Shown here one piece after another: positions 37,286 through 43,416 of a stretch of DNA of 43,416 nucleotides. Under the pieces are notes generated by a model. It saw nothing but the letters and a program-made list of their open reading frames with translations, had not been told where the DNA came from and did not search any database. A program made the position numbers and the translations under genes. Each line of letters opens with the position of its first letter. Position 1 is the stretch's first letter. Location of the stretch: contig DXCS01000019.1 of NCBI GenBank assembly GCA_019115895.1, positions 1 through 43,416 on the forward strand. The letters run 5' to 3'. Source of the DNA: Candidatus Merdibacter merdipullorum (lineage in GTDB: Bacteria > Bacillota_I > Bacilli_A > Erysipelotrichales > Erysipelotrichaceae).

Positions 37286-37447
37286 TCACTGCTCCTTGTA
37301 GTAGCAGCCTTCTTCCTGAGCCGGCGGGAAACGACGGCCCTTTTCAACGTCGATGTCTTCGCCTACGCATTTGCCATCGGCATTGTAGCGGGAATATTTC
37401 CCGGTCTTCTCACAGTTCATACCCGGACGGTATTTCTTGTTTGCCAT
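37286..37447 (-). CDS. YjzC-like small protein (53 aa)
   Basis: MANKKYRPG..EKTGKY...VEKGRRFPP pattern; RBS GGGAGG; it is only the tail of a spurious 428-aa track ORF. Confidence 0.7.
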   Translation of the reverse strand: MANKKYRPGMNCEKTGKYSRYNADGKCVGEDIDVEKGRRFPPAQEEGCYYKEQ

Positions 37448-37467
37448 GAATAGCACCTCCCAGTAGC

Positions 37468-37496
37468 TAGTATGCCTGTCAGGACCGGGCTTATTC
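37468..37496 (-). promoter_or_regulatory. Sigma-G/F-type forespore promoter
   Basis: GAATA-N17-CATACTA on the minus strand, matching the B. subtilis sigG consensus. Confidence 0.65.
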
Positions 37497-37582
37497 ACAC
37501 TTTCTGCAGAATGCAAAAAAGCGATGATTCTGCATGGGCACTGTGGTAAAATAGGAATGATCTGGAATGGAGGAAGCAGACA

Positions 37583-38347
37583 ATGAGAGTACTGGCAAGT
37601 GATTATGACGGGACGCTGCGGATCGAAGAGAAAGTGACGAAGGCGGATCTGGAGGCCCTGGCGCGCTGGCGCGAGGCAGGCAATCTGTTCGTGGCGGTGA
37701 CCGGCCGCAGCATGGAGTCCTTTACCAGGGAGATCGCGGAAAATGGATTTGCCTGCGACTATATCATCGCCAACAACGGCGGGGTCATCTATGATGGAAA
37801 GATGAACCGGATGCAAGTAAATTATATGGATTTTGATCGGGCCATGGCGCTGATCGGCTACATCCGCACGCTGCCGTGTGCCAGCTATGTCATCAATGAT
37901 GGATATTACCGCCACCGCATCGTGGTGAATGAACAAGAGGAAGACCTCAAGTATGGAAAGATGCCGCAGGAGAAGAATGAGGCGGAGCTGCTGGCGTCCG
38001 GGAAGATCGCGCAGATCGTGATCTCGCTGAATGATGACGCGCTGTCCGCCGAGATCATCGCCCATATCCACGAGGCGTTTTCTGACTGTGTCGTCGCTTA
38101 TGCGAACCGTCACTGTGTCGATATCGTGCCTCGGGGGATCTCCAAGGCGAAGGGGCTGGCGTTCGTGCTGGCGGATGCCGGCGTATCGGTGCAGGATGCC
38201 TTCACGATCGGGGATTCCTATAATGACCTGCCCATGATCGAAGCATATCACGGCTTCTGCATGGACAGCGCGCCTTTGGATATCCAGGAAAAAAGCCGCG
38301 GCGTCTATCACAGCGTCGGCGCGTGCATCGCGGACCTGATGAAATGA
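37583..38347 (+). CDS. Cof-type HAD-IIB hydrolase
   Basis: SDYDGTL, VTGR, SKAKG, GDSYND motifs. Confidence 0.92.
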   Translation: MRVLASDYDGTLRIEEKVTKADLEALARWREAGNLFVAVTGRSMESFTREIAENGFACDYIIANNGGVIYDGKMNRMQVNYMDFDRAMALIGYIRTLPCASYVINDGYYRHRIVVNEQEEDLKYGKMPQEKNEAELLASGKIAQIVISLNDDALSAEIIAHIHEAFSDCVVAYANRHCVDIVPRGISKAKGLAFVLADAGVSVQDAFTIGDSYNDLPMIEAYHGFCMDSAPLDIQEKSRGVYHSVGACIADLMK

Positions 38348-38372
38348 GATCAGGCTGACGCTGCAGAAAGGA

Positions 38373-39311
38373 GTGTCTATGTTCAGTCTTACGCTTAACG
38401 ATGTCTTGAATGTGGTGCGGGCGCTTCTGGACATCGGGCTGGTGTGGGCCGTCATCTTTTTCGGCCTGCGCATCGTCCGCAACAATTCCCGAACGGTGCA
38501 GATCTTCAAGGGCATCCTGTTCATCTTCATCGTCAAGGGACTGGCGATGCTGATCGGGCTGACGACGATCAACTACATCGCCGATATGGTGCTCAGCTGG
38601 GGCGTCATCGTCATGGTGGTCATCTTTCAGCCGGAGATCCGCATGCTGCTGGAGAAGCTGGGCAAGACCAGCGTGCTGACGCGGCTGGCCGCGCTTTCCA
38701 GCAATGAGAAGGAACATCTGGTCGAAGAGCTGGTCAAGGCCTGCACGCAGATGTCCGCGTCGAAGACCGGCGCGCTGATCTCTTTGGAACAGGGGCAGGA
38801 TCTCAGCGATTACATCAAGACGGGGACGAGCATGAACTCGATCGTTTCCAGCGAGCTGCTCTGTTCCATCTTTCAATATGGCACGCCGCTGCATGACGGC
38901 GCGGTGATCATCCGCGGCGTACGCATCGCCTGTGCGGCCGCGTACTTCCCGCCGACCACCAAGGAGCTGCCGACCAGCTACGGCGCAAGGCATCGGGCGG
39001 CGGTGGGCATCAGCGAGATCACGGATTCCATCACGATCATCGTGAGCGAGGAGACCGGGACGATCTCTATCGCGGAGGCCGGCGAGCTGAAGTCGTATAC
39101 GAGCGAAGAGCTGCGTGATTACCTGATGACGCGTTATCAGATCGAGCGGCGGGAGCCCAGGCAGGAGCTGCCGCAGCCGGCGGTCGAAGAAAGCGCGGAA
39201 CAAGAGCCGCGCACGGATGATCTGATCCCGACCGAAGCGGTCGTAGTGAAGTATCACAGGCGGCGCAAGTCCGGCCGCCGCCGCAGGAAAGGGGGCGAAG
39301 GCAGCGCATGA
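38373..39311 (+). CDS. cdaA: Diadenylate cyclase CdaA
   Basis: Three TMs, FQPEIR, LHDGA, GARHRAA, VSEETG. Confidence 0.95.
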   Translation: MSMFSLTLNDVLNVVRALLDIGLVWAVIFFGLRIVRNNSRTVQIFKGILFIFIVKGLAMLIGLTTINYIADMVLSWGVIVMVVIFQPEIRMLLEKLGKTSVLTRLAALSSNEKEHLVEELVKACTQMSASKTGALISLEQGQDLSDYIKTGTSMNSIVSSELLCSIFQYGTPLHDGAVIIRGVRIACAAAYFPPTTKELPTSYGARHRAAVGISEITDSITIIVSEETGTISIAEAGELKSYTSEELRDYLMTRYQIERREPRQELPQPAVEESAEQEPRTDDLIPTEAVVVKYHRRRKSGRRRRKGGEGSA

Positions 39312-40639
39312 GAAGGAAAGAGTCTAAGGAGGAAGGCCGTGAGATCAAGGACAACATCGCGGAAAAATACTCCAAGGTGAGCCGGCCGATCAGCCGTTTT
39401 TCCAAGTGGATCTCGGCATGGATGGACCGCATCCTGTTCTCACAGCGTTATGGCAAGCTGGTGGCCCTGCTGCTGGCGGTGTTCGTCTATGCCATCATCA
39501 ACATCGGCGACAGCGCTTCTTCGCTGTTTGAGACGAAGCAGGTCTACACCTTCAAGGCGCAGACGGTGAATGTGCTGGTCAATGAGGAGACGTATGAGGT
39601 CAGCGGCCTGCCGGAGACGGTGGATGTGCAGCTGCTGGGCGACATCAACGACCTGCAGATGGTCCGCCAGCAGAACTCGCTGAGCGTGGTGGCCGATCTG
39701 CGGCAGCTGGGCGAGGGCAGGAGCGACGTCGAGCTGGAGGTGCAGAACATCCCTTCCCGGCTGGAGGTCATCATCGAGCCGGGCACGGTGAGCGTGGAGC
39801 TCAAGAAAAAGCAGACGCAGACTTATGCGCTCGGCTATGATTTCGTCAATCAGTCCGAGATGGACGCGACATATGATCTGGGCACGCCGGAATTCGATGA
39901 AGACACCGTCACCGTGCGCGCGAGCGAGGATACGCTGAACCGCGTCTCTTATGTGAAGGCGCTGATCGATGTGAGCGGGGTGACGAGCGATTTTGAGACG
40001 GATGCGCCCTTGGCCGCATATGATGAGAACGGGGACCGGCTGGAGGTGGACATCATCCCTTCCACCATGCACGTCTCGATCAGCGTGACGCAGCCGAAGA
40101 AGACCGTGCCGATCGAGGTCGTCCAGGTCGGGACGATGGAGGAAGGCCTGGCCATCTCCACCTGCACGCTCTCCGATGAGGAGATCACGCTGTATGCCAA
40201 GCAAAGCGTATTGGATCAGATCGATCATATCGAGATCTCGCTGCCGGTATCGAACATCACCAGCGATCGCACGCTGGCGATGCCGATCACGCTGCCGCAG
40301 GGCGTGACGCAGGCGAGCCTGAGCTCGGTCAGCGTCTCGGTCACGGTAGGCGAGCGGACCTCGGCGACCTTCAGTGACGTCCAGGTGCGCCTGATCAATC
40401 AGGAGGCAGAGATCGACGGCATGCCGATCACGCTGGATCCGCGGACGGTGAGCGTCACCGTGAGCGGCAGCGAGGAGATGTTGCAAAATATCACGAAAGA
40501 AGATATCATGGTGACAGCTGATCTGAAAGGGATCACCGCGGCGGGCGAACGGCAGCTGACGCTGAGCGTGAGCGGGCCGAACCGCCTGGTGGAATATCAG
40601 CTGGAAACATCCGAGATCACGGTCACCGTGAGCGGTTGA
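39308..40639 (+). CDS. cdaR: CdaR/YbbR-repeat regulator
   Basis: TM followed by repeated beta-rich YbbR-like units; between cdaA and glmM. Confidence 0.88.
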   Translation: MRRKESKEEGREIKDNIAEKYSKVSRPISRFSKWISAWMDRILFSQRYGKLVALLLAVFVYAIINIGDSASSLFETKQVYTFKAQTVNVLVNEETYEVSGLPETVDVQLLGDINDLQMVRQQNSLSVVADLRQLGEGRSDVELEVQNIPSRLEVIIEPGTVSVELKKKQTQTYALGYDFVNQSEMDATYDLGTPEFDEDTVTVRASEDTLNRVSYVKALIDVSGVTSDFETDAPLAAYDENGDRLEVDIIPSTMHVSISVTQPKKTVPIEVVQVGTMEEGLAISTCTLSDEEITLYAKQSVLDQIDHIEISLPVSNITSDRTLAMPITLPQGVTQASLSSVSVSVTVGERTSATFSDVQVRLINQEAEIDGMPITLDPRTVSVTVSGSEEMLQNITKEDIMVTADLKGITAAGERQLTLSVSGPNRLVEYQLETSEITVTVSG

Positions 40640-40655
40640 TGAAAGGATGAATGAA

Positions 40656-41990
40656 ATGGGAAAATACTTCGGGACGGACGGTGCGCGCGGCCGCGTGAAC
40701 GAGACGCTGACACTGGACATGGCAGTGCGCATCGGCCGTTATCTGGGATGGCATTACGGCAAGGAAAAACGCGCCCGTATCGTCATCGGAAAAGATACCC
40801 GCCTTTCCGGCGACATGTTCGAAATGGGACTGGCTGCCGGCGCGACTTCGACGGGCGCAGATGTATACCTGCTTGGCGTCTGCCCGACACCGAGCGTGTC
40901 TTTCCTGGTGCGCAGCGAATCATTTGACTGCGGCATCATGGTCAGCGCGTCGCATAATCCGTATCATGACAACGGCATCAAGCTCTTCAACAGCGAAGGC
41001 TGCAAGATGAATCCAGAGATCGAAGCAGAGATCGAGAAATATATCGATGGCGAGATCGACGTGCCTTCTGCGCTGAATGACCATGTGGGGCGCGTGGTCA
41101 GCTGGAGCGAGGGGCTGAAGATCTATGAGGAATGGCTCATGGGCATCGTGGACGTGGACCTGAACGGGATGCGGATCGCCCTCGATCTGGCCAACGGCAG
41201 CGCGACGGCAACCGCTGCGCAGACCCTGCGGGCGATGGGTGCGCAGGTGGATGTCATCCACGGCGAGCCAAATGGCGTGAACATCAATACAGACTGCGGA
41301 TCCACTCATCCGGAAAGCCTGCAGCGCATGGTGCGCGAGGGCGGCTATGACGTCGGCTTTGCCTTTGACGGAGACGCGGACAGGCTGATCGCCGTCGATG
41401 AGGAAGGCAGCCTGTTCAACGGCGACTATATCCTTTATGCCTGTGGGCGGTATATGAAGAAGAAGCGGCGGCTGGCGCACAATATGGTGGTGACCACTGT
41501 CATGGCCAACCTGGGCCTGTATCACGCCTTGCGCGATCTGCAGATCGACTATGCGCAGACGGCGGTCGGAGACAAATATGTCTTTGAGTGCATGCAGAGC
41601 AACGGCTACAGCGTCGGCGGAGAACAAAGCGGCCACATCATCTTCCTGGAGCATGCGGTGACCGGAGACGGTCTGTTGACGGCGCTGAAGCTGCTGGAGA
41701 TCATGTGCGATGAGCACAAGTCGCTGAAGGAGCTGGGCAGCGAGCTGTTCATCTATCCGCAGCTGCTCGTCAATGTCGAGGTCCAGGACAAGAACCGGAC
41801 GATGGCGGACGAAGGGCTGAAGGCGAAGATCGCCGAAGTGGAGGCGCAGCTCGGCGATGAGGGGCGCATCCTCGTGCGGCCAAGCGGGACCGAGCCGCTG
41901 GTGCGCGTGATGGCGGAGGCTCGCAGCGATGAGCTGTGCCATGACTATGTGTATCAGATCATCGATTTCATCCGGGACAATCAGCTGTGA
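40656..41990 (+). CDS. glmM: Phosphoglucosamine mutase
   Basis: YFGTDG, SASHNP, DGDADR, GGEQSGH, RPSGTEP. Confidence 0.97.
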   Translation: MGKYFGTDGARGRVNETLTLDMAVRIGRYLGWHYGKEKRARIVIGKDTRLSGDMFEMGLAAGATSTGADVYLLGVCPTPSVSFLVRSESFDCGIMVSASHNPYHDNGIKLFNSEGCKMNPEIEAEIEKYIDGEIDVPSALNDHVGRVVSWSEGLKIYEEWLMGIVDVDLNGMRIALDLANGSATATAAQTLRAMGAQVDVIHGEPNGVNINTDCGSTHPESLQRMVREGGYDVGFAFDGDADRLIAVDEEGSLFNGDYILYACGRYMKKKRRLAHNMVVTTVMANLGLYHALRDLQIDYAQTAVGDKYVFECMQSNGYSVGGEQSGHIIFLEHAVTGDGLLTALKLLEIMCDEHKSLKELGSELFIYPQLLVNVEVQDKNRTMADEGLKAKIAEVEAQLGDEGRILVRPSGTEPLVRVMAEARSDELCHDYVYQIIDFIRDNQL

Positions 41991-41992
41991 AC

Positions 41993-42027
41993 AAAGGGGG
42001 ACCATGCCGCGCATGGCCCTTTTTTTT
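41993..42027 (+). terminator. Intrinsic terminator after glmM
   Basis: CCATGC-cgc-GCATGG stem extended by G/C pairs, then T8. Confidence 0.75.
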
Positions 42028-42064
42028 CATCACATCATTTGCGATGAAGAAACATAAAATAACA

Positions 42065-42093
42065 CTGATTTTTCTCTGACTTTTTGCTACAAT
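42065..42093 (+). promoter_or_regulatory. Promoter with 11-bp-period direct repeat (OmpR-type site)
   Basis: CTGATTTTT (42065) / CTGACTTTT (42076) next to extended -10 TGcTACAAT. Confidence 0.5.
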
Positions 42094-42143
42094 AGAAACG
42101 AAGTCTGACATGATACAGCAAGAAGGAAATTCAGGTGATGACG

Positions 42144-42803
42144 ATGAAAAAAGTAATCTGTGTTGTAGAAGATGAGAAGGCGATCAACGATTTGGTCGCA
42201 CAGTATCTGAAGAAAGAAGGATATGAGGTAAGATCCTATTATACGTATGAAGAGGCGATCGCGCATGTGCAGGACGACGATGTGCACCTGTGGATCCTCG
42301 ATATCATGCTGGATGATAAGAGCGGATTCGATCTGATCGAGGAGATCCGCCTGCAGGGAAGGGATATCCCTGTCATTTTCATGTCTGCCAGAGACAAGGA
42401 ATTCGACCGCATCATCGGTCTGGAAAAGGGAAGCGACGACTATATCACGAAGCCCTTTTCTCCCAAGGAGCTCGTGCTGCGCGTGAACAACGTGATCAAG
42501 CGCGTCTATAAGAATGACAACAACCGCATTCAGATCGACGGCTATGAGCTGGATGAGGAACAGCGCAAGGTGTTCGCGGGCAGCGATGAGATCGATCTGA
42601 CGACCAAGGAATTCGATCTGCTCATGATGTTCATCAAGAACAAGGGCATTGCCTTTTCGCGGGACAAGATCCTGGAAAACGTATGGGAAGAAAATTACTA
42701 CGGCAGCGACCGTGTGGTGGATGACACGCTGCGCCGCCTGCGCAAGAAGCTGCCTAATCTCAACATCCATACGATCTACGGCTATGGCTATCGTCTGGGC
42801 TAG
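42144..42803 (+). CDS. OmpR-family response regulator (CssR-like)
   Basis: VEDE, LWILDIML, SARD, KPF; winged helix 'RVVDDTLRRLRKK...TIYGYGY'. Confidence 0.92.
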   Translation: MKKVICVVEDEKAINDLVAQYLKKEGYEVRSYYTYEEAIAHVQDDDVHLWILDIMLDDKSGFDLIEEIRLQGRDIPVIFMSARDKEFDRIIGLEKGSDDYITKPFSPKELVLRVNNVIKRVYKNDNNRIQIDGYELDEEQRKVFAGSDEIDLTTKEFDLLMMFIKNKGIAFSRDKILENVWEENYYGSDRVVDDTLRRLRKKLPNLNIHTIYGYGYRLG

Positions 42804-42806
42804 GCC

Positions 42807-43416
42807 ATGAAGCGGTTTTCTGAATTTATCAAGCAGCTTTCGCTGTCACAGCAGCTGGCAGCGATCATCTTTTTTCTGATCTCGTTTTTTACGGCATTCT
42901 TCTTCATCTATCTGACCGGAAGCGTGGAAAATGTCATCCGGGAACAGATGTACACGACGCTGGATACTTCTCAGGATATGATCGTCGGCCTGTACAGCGG
43001 GCAGGACAGCAGCAACTTCACGCAGAGCCAGCTGCGCCGGGCGCTCACCAATTCGCAGATGCATCTCATCGTCGATATGGAAGAGGTCATTGCCGGTGAG
43101 GAACCGCAGCTGCACTATCTGAGCAGCGAGTCGGATGCGGCGCTGGTGCGGGAAGAGCTCAGCGAAAACAGCGCGCTGGTAGAGAAGATGATTTCGCAGG
43201 GCGTCACGATCTATCAGAACGGACTGACCAGTGCCAGCCATGGGCATATGAAGATCAACGGGCAGGAGTATTGTTACAGCGTGCGGCTGATGAACGACGG
43301 CTCGAGCAATGTCCTCATGTCGTATATGGATGAGGAGTATGCCCAGGGAGCCAAGGACATGATGATCAACAGCATCCTCTACATCACGGTGATGGCGTTC
43401 TGCTTCATCTTCCTGA
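42807..43416 (+). CDS. Sensor histidine kinase, N-terminal part (runs off window end)
   Basis: Open frame MKRFSEFIKQLSLSQQL-TM-extracellular domain-second TM directly after the response regulator; kinase core not in the window. Confidence 0.75.
   Translation, partial: MKRFSEFIKQLSLSQQLAAIIFFLISFFTAFFFIYLTGSVENVIREQMYTTLDTSQDMIVGLYSGQDSSNFTQSQLRRALTNSQMHLIVDMEEVIAGEEPQLHYLSSESDAALVREELSENSALVEKMISQGVTIYQNGLTSASHGHMKINGQEYCYSVRLMNDGSSNVLMSYMDEEYAQGAKDMMINSILYITVMAFCFIFL

Noticed and set aside
37286-38572. 428-aa minus-strand ORF
   Set aside because: Overlaps the HAD and cdaA genes; only the last 53 codons have an RBS and a family-like sequence.
41991-42134. glmS ribozyme after glmM
   Set aside because: No glmS gene follows; the region is explained by a terminator and a promoter.

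Overview
GC-rich chromosomal window from a spore-forming Firmicute; gene content and order suggest Erysipelotrichaceae (inference). Left half is mostly housekeeping, all on the minus strand: pfkA (partial), dnaI-dnaB-coaE-mutM-polA, an atypical metal-type lipoprotein, spoIVFB/A, minDC, mreDC (no mreB), radC, a SPOR protein, DegV, flavodoxin and a cysteine-desulfidase-like gene. Next come an AT-rich single-ORF IS66-family element beside a truncated nitroreductase, a complete sucrose PTS operon with visible operators, and asnB. Right end: HrcA-controlled ftsH, RluA, a sigma-G/F-driven YjzC-like gene, a HAD hydrolase, cdaA-cdaR-glmM and an OmpR-type two-component pair. The most unusual part is the ~9 kb island at 25333-34261. 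It contains (i) an apparently split AgrC-type histidine kinase with the His-box and the ATPase domain on separate membrane proteins, (ii) a Ser/Thr pseudokinase fused to a solute-binding-like domain, coupled to an active PASTA kinase and a LytTR regulator, (iii) a minimal radical SAM/SPASM cluster with a 139-aa leader-bearing precursor and an unannotated 50-aa leader-like ORF, and (iv) a divergent ~100-nt sRNA-like unit flanked by inverted AAGGT-NN-ACCTT dyads. All calls come from reading motifs by eye; no database searches were run.
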